A stretch of DNA of 64,000 nucleotides, from contig JAUIER010000007.1 in NCBI GenBank assembly GCA_030429765.1, forward strand, positions 68,372 to 132,371. The letters are read 5' to 3'. Origin of the DNA: a bacterium (GTDB taxonomy: Bacteria; Omnitrophota; Gorgyraeia; Zapsychrales; Zapsychraceae). Position 1 is the stretch's first letter. Each line of letters starts with the position of its first letter. The position numbers and the translations under genes were made by a program. The notes under the pieces were generated by a model. It saw nothing but the letters and a program-made list of their open reading frames with translations. It was not told where the DNA came from and searched no databases. Below, piece after piece: positions 18,488-29,388 of the stretch.

Positions 18488-19888
18488 TTAGAATTGAAAA
18501 TAAATAAAGGCCTGATGCGTCAGATTTAATTCACTCAATAATGCGATCAGCGCGCAAAACACGTAGACGATCCCGCCGCGCGCGCTCCAATGCCAATGCG
18601 TAAAGCCCTTGGCTAATTTTTCAATCCGCGGCTCGACGCCGGTATGAAGCCACCATGTCCCGCCAACAATGGCAATCAGCCAGCGCATATTAGTGATCGT
18701 CAAACGCCAATCCCCGGACCAAATGCCCTGGTAGTATTCCATGGCGAGCGACAGATTCGCCGACCGGAATAGCACCCACGTCAGACAGACGATCACAAAG
18801 AATATGGCTGTCTGAAAAAAACCCGGTATCCGTCGATGCAGACCTTCGCTGATCCGATAAACAACCAACAGCAAGCCGTGAACCCCGCCCCAAATAACAA
18901 ACGTCCAATTGGCCCCGTGCCACAAGCCGGCGAGCAGCATCACGATAAACAGATTACGCAGCGTCTTGGCCGTTCCAAATTGATTGCCGCCTAACGGGAT
19001 ATACAGGTAATCCCGGAACCAGGTCGACAATGTGATATGCCACCGTTGCCAGAACTCACTCGGGTTACGCGCGAGATACGGACTGCGAAAGTTCACCGGC
19101 AGCTGCAGCCCAAAGATCTTGCCCAGGCCGATCGCGATGTCTGAATACGCGGAAAAATCAAAGAATATTTGAAAGGCATATCCATACAGGGCCAGCGACA
19201 AATCGGCCGCTGTAAACGACGCCGGATCCGCGAACACCGGATCGACGACGGTGCTGCCCAGGATATCGGCCACAAAAAGCTTTTTGGCCAGTCCGTACAG
19301 AATATAAAATAATCCGGACTCATCACATTTCTCACAGAGGTTGTCACGCAGTTGCGGTAGAAACTCGCGGGCGCGCACAATCGGTCCGGCCACCAACTGC
19401 GGAAAGGAGGCCACAAACACCAGGAATTCCAGCAATGAATCCGTCGGCTGAATCTTGCGTTGATAGATATCAATGGTATAGCTGAGACTTTGAAAGGTAT
19501 AAAACGAAATGCCGACCGGCAGGATGATGTTCAGTGTCGGCAGGGATCCCGAAAGCCCTAATCCGCTTAACGCGCTGGAAAGGCTCTCCAGAAAAAAATT
19601 CATGTACTTAAAGTAGGCCAGTAATCCCAGGTTCCCGATGAGACTCATGGCCAGGAGCTGTCGACGGTGTTTGGGATCATCGGATCTCCCCATCGCCCGC
19701 CCGACAAAGAAGTCTAAACACGAACTGAAGACGATCAGAAACAGCAGTTCAACCCGCCACCAACCGTAAAAGATGTAACTGGCGATCAGCAGCAACACCA
19801 GCTGCAGAAAACGGGAACGCCGGCAGCACCCGAACAACACGAACGTACCGATCAAAAACGGAATAAAGATGATTTCAGTAAACAGCAC
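18488..19888 (-). CDS. MBOAT family O-acyltransferase (AlgI/DltB-like)
   Basis: WRLTITNMRW... and hallmark WHITLSTWFRDYLYIPLGGN with catalytic His. Confidence 0.85.
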   Translation of the reverse strand: MLFTEIIFIPFLIGTFVLFGCCRRSRFLQLVLLLIASYIFYGWWRVELLFLIVFSSCLDFFVGRAMGRSDDPKHRRQLLAMSLIGNLGLLAYFKYMNFFLESLSSALSGLGLSGSLPTLNIILPVGISFYTFQSLSYTIDIYQRKIQPTDSLLEFLVFVASFPQLVAGPIVRAREFLPQLRDNLCEKCDESGLFYILYGLAKKLFVADILGSTVVDPVFADPASFTAADLSLALYGYAFQIFFDFSAYSDIAIGLGKIFGLQLPVNFRSPYLARNPSEFWQRWHITLSTWFRDYLYIPLGGNQFGTAKTLRNLFIVMLLAGLWHGANWTFVIWGGVHGLLLVVYRISEGLHRRIPGFFQTAIFFVIVCLTWVLFRSANLSLAMEYYQGIWSGDWRLTITNMRWLIAIVGGTWWLHTGVEPRIEKLAKGFTHWHWSARGGIVYVFCALIALLSELNLTHQAFIYFQF

Positions 19889-19932
19889 TGGCTTTTGCGT
19901 TCCCCGTCCGTAACAGTGATTGACGGATCAAT

Positions 19933-20790
19933 TTACTTTTTGCGGGTATAGCTGATTTCCATGGAGCGGTATTCATCGCTGGTCCCCATGGCATTGGTAA
20001 ACATCTCGTAGCGGAAGTGGTCATCATCGATAAAGGTCGTGACCGCGCGAAAGGACTTCTGACCTTCCAACGGACACGTGAAAATACCTTCCTCGGTAAG
20101 GGTGTTCATGTCCGAATTGTACTGTCCTTTGCCCTTCATCATGCCTGTACTCATACTATCCAGCCAGATGGAGTTATAAACCTGTTTGCCGTTGTCGTAA
20201 CCGGTGATACCCATCCCTGTAAACGGCATCCCCATGGATTTACCATCCACATCATGCTGGATAAAGCGCTGTCCCAGAATCCAGCTGATTCGGCTCTGTC
20301 CGGTGGAGACATCCGGATCTTGATCGGGCGACATCCACCACTTGATTTCATGCTCCCATTCGCCGACCATCTGACCCAAGACCTCGTGATTCTCATTGGG
20401 TGTGGCGTAAGCCTCCCACTTTTTCATCATCGCGGCCTGCTGCGGGTCCGCGACCTCCATCAGTTCGGCGGCCGATTCGTGGCTCTCGCTCTCCACCTCA
20501 TCAAATGATTCAGCCTTTTTGAAAGGTTTGGCCGACTTTTTCATGGCCTCAACGGCATTGACGGCGGCATCGTCCGCCACCTTCAAGGTGTGATCCACCG
20601 CCTCTCCTACCGCTGACAGCGGACGGCTGTCCGCGGCGATCTGGATTTCTTCCGCATAGCGGCCGAATGTTCCTTTGGCCGACGCCTTGAAGATCTCGGG
20701 GCGTTCCGCCCTAACCGGCGTGGCTATCAATATTAGTCCCAAAGCTGCTGTGATACTGGTGTAGACATATGATCGAAATTTCATATTCAC
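19933..20790 (-). CDS. Secreted protein with C-terminal DUF1579-like beta-barrel domain
   Basis: Signal peptide; GQMVGEWEHEIKWWM motif resembling DUF1579. Confidence 0.3.
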   Translation of the reverse strand: MNMKFRSYVYTSITAALGLILIATPVRAERPEIFKASAKGTFGRYAEEIQIAADSRPLSAVGEAVDHTLKVADDAAVNAVEAMKKSAKPFKKAESFDEVESESHESAAELMEVADPQQAAMMKKWEAYATPNENHEVLGQMVGEWEHEIKWWMSPDQDPDVSTGQSRISWILGQRFIQHDVDGKSMGMPFTGMGITGYDNGKQVYNSIWLDSMSTGMMKGKGQYNSDMNTLTEEGIFTCPLEGQKSFRAVTTFIDDDHFRYEMFTNAMGTSDEYRSMEISYTRKK

Positions 20791-20869
20791 TCCATCTTGC
20801 TGCGATTAATAGTGGATTCATTCTGCTCCCCTAAAACAACCCTGAATCCGGGTGCGGTCCGTAATCGGA

Positions 20870-21106
20870 TTAGTCGGGACCGGCCCCTTCGGTCTGATGA
20901 TCGCGCAATCGGCGAATCTCTTCCATAAATTCGTTTCTTAATTGGGTCAGCATGTCATTGACTTCGTCAACGGTATAAACATCGTAACCGGGAATGGGCT
21001 GGGCCTGCGTGGGCGGGTGCTCGACACGATATTGCATGTTGTCCCGGTTGGCCGGACTGGAATAGTTTTCGTAGATGATCTTGTGATCGCAAACTTTGAC
21101 GGTCAT
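20870..21106 (-). CDS. Small hypothetical protein
   Basis: 78 aa acidic protein; no motif. Confidence 0.2.
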   Translation of the reverse strand: MTVKVCDHKIIYENYSSPANRDNMQYRVEHPPTQAQPIPGYDVYTVDEVNDMLTQLRNEFMEEIRRLRDHQTEGAGPD

Positions 21107-21150
21107 ATCGGTTCCTTTCGATGACGGTTGAGGTTCAATATCCTGCTATT

Positions 21151-22107
21151 CTATTTTTGATTGATGAAAAAATCAACTATCAATTCCGAGGCATTGATAT
21201 CCCGTGAAACACGCCCGACCACGCGTTCGGGAAAGTACTGAATCCCGCCCGGCCAGGTGTGACCGCCGCCCCGGATCTCGATCAGCACCACTTCTGCGCC
21301 GTCACGGCAGTCGGGATAACGATACTCGATGGCCGTGGTCTCATCACGGGCCGTAAGGTCGGGCAATTCCATATCCACCGGATCCGTCTCACAGCCGTTA
21401 AACCGGGCGAAGCGCTCCATACTCTCGCGCGTTGATAACACCTTGCCGCGCGAGCGGTCTTTGCTCAGGGTCACATCTCCCCCATCATAGGGAACCAGCG
21501 GATCTTCCGTACCGTTGATTATCAGGACCGATACCGGAGCCGTGGACTCTTTATCGGACATCGCCGCGGTGATCTGGGCGGTCACCGGCGCGATGGCCCG
21601 TATTTTATCGGAAAGCTCAAGGGCGAGCCGGATCGACATAAAACCACCGTTGGAGATACCGGTAGCAAAGACCCGGTCAGGATCGGTCTGGTATTCCTCT
21701 TCGATGGTCTCGATCAATTTTCGAAAAAAACCTACATCGTCCGGTGGATCAATCGGACGGAACATGTGTTCATAGATTTCGGCCCGACCGTCGTTCCAGC
21801 GCCGTTTGTGCCCCTGGGGGAATACCACCACAACGCCATGCTCATCGGCCGCGCGCAGCAAACGTCCGCGATCCATCCGTGAGAATTTATTGGCCCGGCC
21901 TCCCCCGCCATGCAGGGCCAGGATCAAGGGCGGATTTTCCAGCGTCGCGAAATGTTCAGGCAGGTACACATAATACGTCCGGTTGATGCCTTCATGCCGG
22001 AGATATTCAACCTTAAGTGTATCGGCGGCCTCTGCCCCCGAAACCATTAGGATAATCAACAGAAGCGACCACAACAGCGAATTCCAGTTTTGAATCACGT
22101 ATCTCAT
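21151..22107 (-). CDS. PHB-depolymerase-family esterase (alpha/beta hydrolase)
   Basis: Signal peptide; LALHGGGG oxyanion region; GISNGG nucleophile elbow. Confidence 0.7.
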   Translation of the reverse strand: MRYVIQNWNSLLWSLLLIILMVSGAEAADTLKVEYLRHEGINRTYYVYLPEHFATLENPPLILALHGGGGRANKFSRMDRGRLLRAADEHGVVVVFPQGHKRRWNDGRAEIYEHMFRPIDPPDDVGFFRKLIETIEEEYQTDPDRVFATGISNGGFMSIRLALELSDKIRAIAPVTAQITAAMSDKESTAPVSVLIINGTEDPLVPYDGGDVTLSKDRSRGKVLSTRESMERFARFNGCETDPVDMELPDLTARDETTAIEYRYPDCRDGAEVVLIEIRGGGHTWPGGIQYFPERVVGRVSRDINASELIVDFFINQK

Positions 22108-22353
22108 ACATCCCGTCCTTTCCTGATAGGCCTATGACGGCCTCCCATCACAGACCAGAAGCCAGGCAGCAAATTCTTCGCGCCGACCGGCTGAATCACG
22201 ATAATGTCATCATGTATCCCGCTCATGTAAGGCCCATACCCCTTCCTCTTGACGTAAAGACTCATTATAACTCAGCTCAAGTATCAATTTCGGATTATTT
22301 TGAATTATGCTAGAATACGGATATTAGTTGAAAATACGTAAGGAAACTCGTTA

Positions 22354-22887
22354 ATGACTCAATCCCTCAACACGTCCCAAGGATTAACCATTCGCTGGCC
22401 CAGCTTGCTGGTGGCGGGCTTCTTTTTAATCGGGGTGGAATTTGGATTTCAATGGTTTGCCGGCAGCACGCTGCAGCAGGCGGGCATCCGCTGGCACGCC
22501 GCCTTTGGCGGTGTCATCTTAATTGCGGTGAGCCTGTGTATCAGCGCGGTGTACGCCGCCTTTGAATTGGAAAGAAACGAACAACGCGCCAAGATCCTGT
22601 CGCGATCGACCAAGCGCGTTGATGATCTCACCCAGATTGAGGGGATCGGCCCCAAGTTCTCCCGTACCCTGATGGCCGCGGAGATCAAGACCTTTCATCA
22701 ACTGGCACGGACCACCGAGTTTGAACTGCGCCGGACCTTAAGAGAAGCCGGTTTCAAGTTTGCACCGGGCATTGACACCTGGTCGCAGCAGGCCGAGCTG
22801 GCCGCGCGTGAAGACTGGAATCGTCTTCGAGAGTACCAGGACATCCTGAAATCTACCCCCTCATTGTCCGAAGAATCGCCGATCTAG
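22354..22887 (+). CDS. Membrane protein with C-terminal helix-hairpin-helix (DUF4332-like)
   Basis: Two TM then LTQIEGIGPKFSRTLMAAEIKTFHQLA HhH motif. Confidence 0.45.
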   Translation: MTQSLNTSQGLTIRWPSLLVAGFFLIGVEFGFQWFAGSTLQQAGIRWHAAFGGVILIAVSLCISAVYAAFELERNEQRAKILSRSTKRVDDLTQIEGIGPKFSRTLMAAEIKTFHQLARTTEFELRRTLREAGFKFAPGIDTWSQQAELAAREDWNRLREYQDILKSTPSLSEESPI

Positions 22888-22899
22888 ATCAACCCGCCG

Positions 22900-25323
22900 T
22901 TATTTTTGCCAGTTTTCCCGAACCTGCTGAAGGATTCCCGGCAGGCGCGGATCATTCTTGGGACCCAGAAAATCCGGCACCGAACAATGCTGCACCATGT
23001 CCTTGAAGATCTCGTACTTGGTATTGCTGTTAATCGCCATCCCCGCCACATATTCCAGGCTCATATTATCATCAAGATTGAGCGGCGTATCTCTCACCCA
23101 ATCCCTGAGATCGTCGCCGCTGCAGATATACGTCCCGAAAAAGTTTTCGACCCGATTCAGGTCCACTTCCCCGAGTGATTGATCCAGACCGGGATTGTCA
23201 CTGATCAGGCGCTGCGTGGTGTTGAGGTCGCGGGCCGGATCATGCAGATGTCCGACCAGGACCGCGTCATAGATCCCGTGTTCCAGATTGGCCATCCACA
23301 CACTGGAATGAGTAAAGTTCTCAAAGAAGGTCTTCATCTGGATCTTGACCCCGTCCATGTTGGTTTCATACAACGGAACCCATTGGGTCACCACGCCGCC
23401 CGGATTCAGATGATCCTTGACCAGTTGATAGTACTCATCCGAGTACAACGCCGCCGCGCCGCGGACCCATGGATGGATCGGATCCGACGTGATCACATCA
23501 AAGGTCTCTTTGGTCGTTGCCAAAAAATGACGGGCATCGTCAAAGACAACCTCGACCTTGGGATGCGTCATGGCATCGTGATTGAAGCGTCCGAAGTAAT
23601 TCTTGGCCGCCTGATACACCGCCGGTTCAATCTCACAGATCACCACCCGTTCAATCGATGGATAGTTGATAAACGCGCCGGCCGTGGTCCCGGTTCCCAT
23701 CCCGACAATCAGCACGCTCTTGGGATCCTGATGCATGATTCCCGGCACATGCCCGAGCATCCGCAGAATCTTCAAGTCCTCAATAATCGTTGAGGCAACG
23801 ATCCGGCCGCTGACATGAAGCGCGTAGCGATCTCCGATATCCTGAACCGCGACGGTTGAATTGATCCCTTCACTGATAAAGGCAAATTTGCGTTCGTCAC
23901 CCGCCACATGCCGCAGACCAAAGGCCATCAGATTATTTGAGATCGGCCGGATATAAAACAAACTCCCGGCAATCAACACAGCCAGGATGATCAGACCGGC
24001 GGCAAACTTACCGCTGCCGCCCTGATTCGATGATTCATCCGACCGTTCTACCTGTAGTACCGCCCGCAGCATCAGGATGACTGACACCGCCAGCAAAAAG
24101 ACAATGATCCATTGCGCGAACTGTGTGCCCAATAATGGAATGGCGAACAATGAAAAAATCAAACTCCCAACGATACTCCCGATGGTGTTCGCCGCGTACA
24201 TCTTACCGGAGACCTCGGCCGGGTCACGCCCTTCAAAACCGACCGTCGCGACACACAGCGGAAAACTCGCCCCCCATAACAGCGTACACGGAAGAATCGC
24301 CAAAAAGCAGTTCAGGATGTTACTGCGATGCACGTCGCCGATGTTATCGGCGATCACGATCGCATTTTCCGGAATAAAAAACGCGATCATGTACGCCGCG
24401 TAACCGGTGGCCGGAATCAGCAGCAATTGACACAGATAAAGCAACTTGTGCGGCGCATCCGTCCGGCGGATAAAATGCGCGGCAGCGGCACTTCCCAGGG
24501 CCAGCCCGGTCAAAAAGACAGAGATAAGAATCGTGAAGGTAAACGTGGTTACGCCATACATGTTGGACAGAATACGCGTCCAGATGATCTGCGCGCCCAG
24601 CGCGGTGAATCCCGAGATCGCGGTCACGATATAAACCGTGCGCAGATGAAAGTACCGCCCGGTGGATGGCGCCGGTCGTTGATTTTCGACGGGACGATAG
24701 ATTAGTTTGGCAGCCAGCACCCACGCCAGCACAAAAATACCCGCGTTGAGTCCCACCGCGATCAGGTTGGACATCTTGATGCCGAAATTCGGCAGCAGTA
24801 CAAACCCGGTGATGGCGGCCCCGAGTACCGCCCCGGTAATATTGAATCCATACAACAATCCCAATTTACCCACGCCCGACTTGGAGTGTTCAAACCAGCG
24901 TGAGATCGCCGGCAACGTCGCCCCCATCAGGGTCGTCGGGATCAATAAAATCGAACAGCATAATACCCCGCGCAGCAGGATGCTGCCTATTCCGTATCCA
25001 ACCACATCTGTGTAGACCCCGCGTACAATCGGCAAGACGCTGGGGATAATCAACGCAACGATCCCGATCACGCCTTCCAGCACTGCGTAGACCTTGATCG
25101 GATGCAGACGTTCAGGCACGAGTTTCGCGAAGAACAGACTGCCGAGCAGCAATCCGCCCATGTAGGTTGCCAACAGCAATCCAAACGATACCGCTGAGGC
25201 ACCGATCACCAATCCCAGCAGCTTGAGCCAGATGATCTCATAAATTAATGCCGCACATCCGCTACAAAGAAATAAAAATAGAATAAGTGGGAATTCCAAG
25301 CGTTCGAAAATATTTTTCGCCAT
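22900..25323 (-). CDS. Fused MFS-like transporter/spermidine synthase (polyamine aminopropyltransferase) family protein
   Basis: About 11 TM N-domain followed by VLIVGMGTGTTAG...DVITSDPIHPW SpeE-type methyltransferase fold. Confidence 0.75.
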   Translation of the reverse strand: MAKNIFERLEFPLILFLFLCSGCAALIYEIIWLKLLGLVIGASAVSFGLLLATYMGGLLLGSLFFAKLVPERLHPIKVYAVLEGVIGIVALIIPSVLPIVRGVYTDVVGYGIGSILLRGVLCCSILLIPTTLMGATLPAISRWFEHSKSGVGKLGLLYGFNITGAVLGAAITGFVLLPNFGIKMSNLIAVGLNAGIFVLAWVLAAKLIYRPVENQRPAPSTGRYFHLRTVYIVTAISGFTALGAQIIWTRILSNMYGVTTFTFTILISVFLTGLALGSAAAAHFIRRTDAPHKLLYLCQLLLIPATGYAAYMIAFFIPENAIVIADNIGDVHRSNILNCFLAILPCTLLWGASFPLCVATVGFEGRDPAEVSGKMYAANTIGSIVGSLIFSLFAIPLLGTQFAQWIIVFLLAVSVILMLRAVLQVERSDESSNQGGSGKFAAGLIILAVLIAGSLFYIRPISNNLMAFGLRHVAGDERKFAFISEGINSTVAVQDIGDRYALHVSGRIVASTIIEDLKILRMLGHVPGIMHQDPKSVLIVGMGTGTTAGAFINYPSIERVVICEIEPAVYQAAKNYFGRFNHDAMTHPKVEVVFDDARHFLATTKETFDVITSDPIHPWVRGAAALYSDEYYQLVKDHLNPGGVVTQWVPLYETNMDGVKIQMKTFFENFTHSSVWMANLEHGIYDAVLVGHLHDPARDLNTTQRLISDNPGLDQSLGEVDLNRVENFFGTYICSGDDLRDWVRDTPLNLDDNMSLEYVAGMAINSNTKYEIFKDMVQHCSVPDFLGPKNDPRLPGILQQVRENWQK

Positions 25324-25399
25324 CGTCTATGTCCTTTGTTTAATTAAAATTCTAGTGATTATAACGTACCCATCCGTGTATCTCCACGACATTTTTTCT

Positions 25400-26626
25400 T
25401 TACCCGGGCGTGGAAGTCTGCCTGACCAAGGGTACTTCCCGCGTCTCATCCGTCCAGTCATCCAGCAGATACAGTCGTAGACCTTTGTCCAGACTCAGCT
25501 CATTCAAACTCAACGTCAAACTTTGAAGATCCAATCTTATTTGGACATCCGTCCAATTCTCCTCATAGAGTGATAAATGAATCACATAATCATCCCCGAC
25601 AACTTCGAGCTTTAAGATGTGGTATTCTTCTCCCATAAAAAAATTGCTCGTCTGCAATACGTCAATAATCTGCTGCACATGACCTAGCGGGATGTCATCC
25701 TGATAGTAAATTTCATGCTGCTGCTCTCCGAACTCTATCAGCGTTCCATCATAATACGGAGCGGTGATGGTCCGATAAATTCCCACACTGCATAGACTGA
25801 TCGCCAACACAGCCACCAACAATACGCCCAGCCGACCGCTGCTTTCGCGATCCGGCTGTGTCTCAACCGCCGAAATCTCCCGCGATGTCCCGACCGGTTT
25901 GGGATACGCGTCCGACAGTTGACGGACATCAAGATAAAACAATACGGAAATAATCACCCCCATAACAGCCAAGGCATTAATCGGGATATAACCCATGGCT
26001 TCCACGAGCGGACTGGCCTCATCCGGGAACCAGTAAGCCGCGCCAAAAATCAGCATGCCGTATATCGCAAACAAAGCCACGGAATACCCAAAATACCGCC
26101 CCTTATGCCCGGTCATATAGTCGTCGCTGGCCTTCAATGAGTCGTGATCATTCTTGCCTTCAAACACCGCGATCGGCGTGGCCAGTGCCAACCGGCACAT
26201 CATCATCACACCCGGAACAATCAACAACAGGCGCCAGGATATTTTCTTGAGTGCCAACAACATGATGCCCAACACCGTTCCGTACAAGTCACTCGACGCC
26301 TTATAGACCGGCTTCAGCTCAATCGTTTCAGCGGCGGCCATGCGTCGCAACACCTCGGTCTGCCAGGCCACGACGAATCCGTAGACAAACAGATCGATAA
26401 CGACTGAAATAAGAAAATACGCCCGGATTTTGGACGGTGTTGTTTTTTCGAAATATTGATAAAAGATCTCACTGGCCCAATCAAATGGAAACTCAATTAT
26501 TAAAGGAATCATGATCAAGAAAACTGGACTTCGCCACACGCACCGCCAGATATCCCGATGCATTTCTGCCAACGATCGAGGCTTAACTGGTCGGTCGGAT
26601 GTATTCAGGCTATTGTCGATGTCCAT
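25400..26626 (-). CDS. Hypothetical polytopic membrane protein with C-terminal soluble domain
   Basis: 6 TM helices; overlaps upstream SGNH gene by 17 nt. Confidence 0.35.
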   Translation of the reverse strand: MDIDNSLNTSDRPVKPRSLAEMHRDIWRCVWRSPVFLIMIPLIIEFPFDWASEIFYQYFEKTTPSKIRAYFLISVVIDLFVYGFVVAWQTEVLRRMAAAETIELKPVYKASSDLYGTVLGIMLLALKKISWRLLLIVPGVMMMCRLALATPIAVFEGKNDHDSLKASDDYMTGHKGRYFGYSVALFAIYGMLIFGAAYWFPDEASPLVEAMGYIPINALAVMGVIISVLFYLDVRQLSDAYPKPVGTSREISAVETQPDRESSGRLGVLLVAVLAISLCSVGIYRTITAPYYDGTLIEFGEQQHEIYYQDDIPLGHVQQIIDVLQTSNFFMGEEYHILKLEVVGDDYVIHLSLYEENWTDVQIRLDLQSLTLSLNELSLDKGLRLYLLDDWTDETREVPLVRQTSTPG

Positions 26627-27893
26627 AAATCCTCGTCAAGATAGGTAGCAGGTGCTCGGCCGCCAACGCGTGTCCGCGGGCATTAAAGTGATGATCAAAT
26701 TTATAGTACAATGACTCCGGGTCGGGCGCGGACGTGAATACCGGCATCAAATCCAGATGATGTATACCCTGCCCTTCCAAAAAGGCCTTGAGCTCGCGGG
26801 TGGGTTTTTGCAGGTCAAAGTCATCCGCATTCAGGATATAACGACGTTGGGCCACGTGCTCCTGCCAATATTGCGGCAAGACCTGTTCCCTGGCCGGGAG
26901 CATCAACACTACAAAATCCGCACCGATGGCCTGTGTTTCAGCCTTGAGCTTCAGCAACAGATGATGCATCAAACGCACGGATTCCTGAAGCTCGGGCGGA
27001 TAATCTTTACGGTAGACATCAAACGGATAATCATAGTCGGTGCGCAGCCCCAACCGATCGATCATATACAACTTGAGAAACTCAAGACTCTTTAAGTACG
27101 GCATTGACTGCGAGAATCGACGCAGGGTATTGACCCGGGCGGTTGCCGCGTCCAGGCGGTCGGATTGTTTAATGTGAATGGGATGGGAAATTAGAAGTTC
27201 CTCTTGAGAGGTGCGGTCAAACGGAAAGATCCTGATCTGACCGGAACGGTCGAATTCATAACGCGGGGCCAATTGCGGCCGCTCTTTTTTGTAATTAGGC
27301 GAATTATCGACGAGGTCATTTGGAAAGAAAGATAAAACAACAACATCGGGTTTGAGCCGGACGACCTCTTCTTGAAAGATACGGTATTGATGAATTGTCC
27401 CGATACTGGAGACACCAAAATTATAAACCATGGCATCAATGTCCGCCGACTCAAGCCCGGCTTCCACTTGTTCGGGAATCGATTCATCCTGTTCGACCTG
27501 AACTGCCTGAATAAATGAATCACCGAGGACCGCGACGCGGAATTTATGGGGGGCTACGATGTAGTCTTCTGTATCCCTAAAACCCTCAGTATTGATCGAC
27601 ACATTCGTCCGAAACTCGGCATGCGGATAGCGCCATCCCCTGAACTCGCCGTCATTGTTGGGCGTGTGCCGCCACCCGTAACGGTCATCGAGTTGATAAA
27701 ACTCTTCGGGAAATTGATAACCGGGATCCTCATGCGCCAGCGCGAACCAATGCGGACGGTCGATATACTTGAGATAAATCCCTTTGTGATAGATCAGATA
27801 GCGGACGGCAAGCTCCACACAAATCAAGCAGATAACGACAACCAACACAAAACTGATAAGCGCAAAGATTGATTCCTTGAGACGAAATTTCAT
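26610..27893 (-). CDS. Membrane-anchored SGNH/GDSL-fold hydrolase-like protein
   Basis: N-terminal TM; VAVLGDSF (block I) and C-terminal DHHFNARGH (block V). Confidence 0.45.
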   Translation of the reverse strand: MKFRLKESIFALISFVLVVVICLICVELAVRYLIYHKGIYLKYIDRPHWFALAHEDPGYQFPEEFYQLDDRYGWRHTPNNDGEFRGWRYPHAEFRTNVSINTEGFRDTEDYIVAPHKFRVAVLGDSFIQAVQVEQDESIPEQVEAGLESADIDAMVYNFGVSSIGTIHQYRIFQEEVVRLKPDVVVLSFFPNDLVDNSPNYKKERPQLAPRYEFDRSGQIRIFPFDRTSQEELLISHPIHIKQSDRLDAATARVNTLRRFSQSMPYLKSLEFLKLYMIDRLGLRTDYDYPFDVYRKDYPPELQESVRLMHHLLLKLKAETQAIGADFVVLMLPAREQVLPQYWQEHVAQRRYILNADDFDLQKPTRELKAFLEGQGIHHLDLMPVFTSAPDPESLYYKFDHHFNARGHALAAEHLLPILTRIYGHRQ

Positions 27894-27975
27894 AAATCGT
27901 TTGGGTATGGCAAAAAAATAACGCCCTACGGTTGTTCTCGGTTATGAGAACAGCCATAGGGCGTTGGTGTTGATC

Positions 27976-28830
27976 TTACATCCGCTCAAGCTCTTCGCCG
28001 GCGGCCTCGGAAGGTTTCCAGAAAAAACCTCCGTAATTGGGATCCCAGCACTGTGAGTAACTGAAATCCTTGATGAGTTTTTCAAACGCACCGCGCGCTT
28101 CGTCGGTCTGTTCCTGGGCCATCAGGGCCTTACCCTGAATAAAGTAGCTGGTCCCGACATCATTAAGCGCCCAGTAATTTTGATGAATTGAATCGGCGTC
28201 GCCGGTGGGAAACTCGGTGAGCTGCTTCTGCATCTCAATGGCCTTGTCCGAATACAACTCAATGACTTTGTCCGTGTAGATCTTGACGGCCTTGTAGTCA
28301 TTTTTGTCCAGTGCCTTCCAGGCCTGTGTTGTTAAAAAGGCCGATGACATATCGCCCATTTCCACATTGATGCCTGACTCGAGGATCACCAATTTGTCCT
28401 TGGCCGCGGCGGCCGGTCGCCAGAAAAATTCACTCTTCGGATCCCAGGTCTGTCCGTAGTGAAACTCATCGATGATCTGATTGTATGAAGCCTTGGCTTC
28501 GTCGATCATCTCGACGTCCTGATACATCTGGCCTTGAATAAATAGGATTGTCGCGACGTCATTCAGCGCCCAATAGCCGAAGACCTCTTTTTCCGAGCCT
28601 TGAGGAAAGGCATTCAGACGGGATTGCATGTCGCGCGCGATGTCGCCATACAATTCCAGACACTTATCGGCGTACTGCGCCACGGCTTCGATATCGCCTT
28701 CGGCTGACGCCTTCCATGCCTTGTTGACCAGCGTTTCCGAACTAAAATCGCCGAAATCCACCGCGAAACACGGCGCGCTGACCGCTAAACACACTGCACC
28801 TACAAACGTACGTAGTAACCAATTCTTCAT
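27976..28830 (-). CDS. Secreted protein with internal tandem duplication of an about 130-aa helical domain
   Basis: Signal peptide; two homologous halves sharing (N/T)(K/Q)AWKA...YWALNDV...FIQG...WDP...FFW(R/K)P. Confidence 0.4.
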   Translation of the reverse strand: MKNWLLRTFVGAVCLAVSAPCFAVDFGDFSSETLVNKAWKASAEGDIEAVAQYADKCLELYGDIARDMQSRLNAFPQGSEKEVFGYWALNDVATILFIQGQMYQDVEMIDEAKASYNQIIDEFHYGQTWDPKSEFFWRPAAAAKDKLVILESGINVEMGDMSSAFLTTQAWKALDKNDYKAVKIYTDKVIELYSDKAIEMQKQLTEFPTGDADSIHQNYWALNDVGTSYFIQGKALMAQEQTDEARGAFEKLIKDFSYSQCWDPNYGGFFWKPSEAAGEELERM

Positions 28831-28965
28831 ACATCCCCCTTTCGGTAGCACCCACAACATCTCTGCAAAGATACTCTATTATACCATAAAACCTCATAAA
28901 TGACGAAAATTCAGGGAGTTAAGGAAATTCTTCGAAAAAATCGGAAGGAGGGTATCAAGGAGAAA

Positions 28966-29307
28966 CTAGACGGCACCGGTCTCGGACAAGACCGTTCCGG
29001 AAAGCATCATGGCGGTGAGGACCAGCCACAAAATCCATAACAGCACAAAATATCCGCCCAGCATCCAGCGGCCGCGAAATAAACGGACCAGCACCGCAAT
29101 AAGCGAGGTCACCATGAAGACCATGATCAGGCTGCCCACCACCCAACCGGCGTAAAATTGAAAGTTACGGCTGCCGAGGACCACTTCAAACAGCGCGCAA
29201 ATCGCAGCAAAATTCAGGACCGTCATGACCAGGGCTGATATCCCGAGGATACGCCAAAATTTGTCACGCGTCATGGGTATTTTTTCTTCGGGCGGGATTG
29301 GATTCAT
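28966..29307 (-). CDS. Small three-TM membrane protein
   Basis: Hydrophobic 113-119 aa. Confidence 0.3.
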   Translation of the reverse strand: MNPIPPEEKIPMTRDKFWRILGISALVMTVLNFAAICALFEVVLGSRNFQFYAGWVVGSLIMVFMVTSLIAVLVRLFRGRWMLGGYFVLLWILWLVLTAMMLSGTVLSETGAV

Positions 29308-29388
29308 AGGATCAGTATACCACAACAGGCCACAGCCGTCCCCCCATGTCTGGGAAAAACGGCTGCCGCTTGCTGTACGATGAATCGA

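Noticed and set aside
22108-22353. Promoter for the HhH gene (TTGACG...TATAAC)
   Set aside because: Spacer is only about 11 nt; not a convincing sigma70 promoter.
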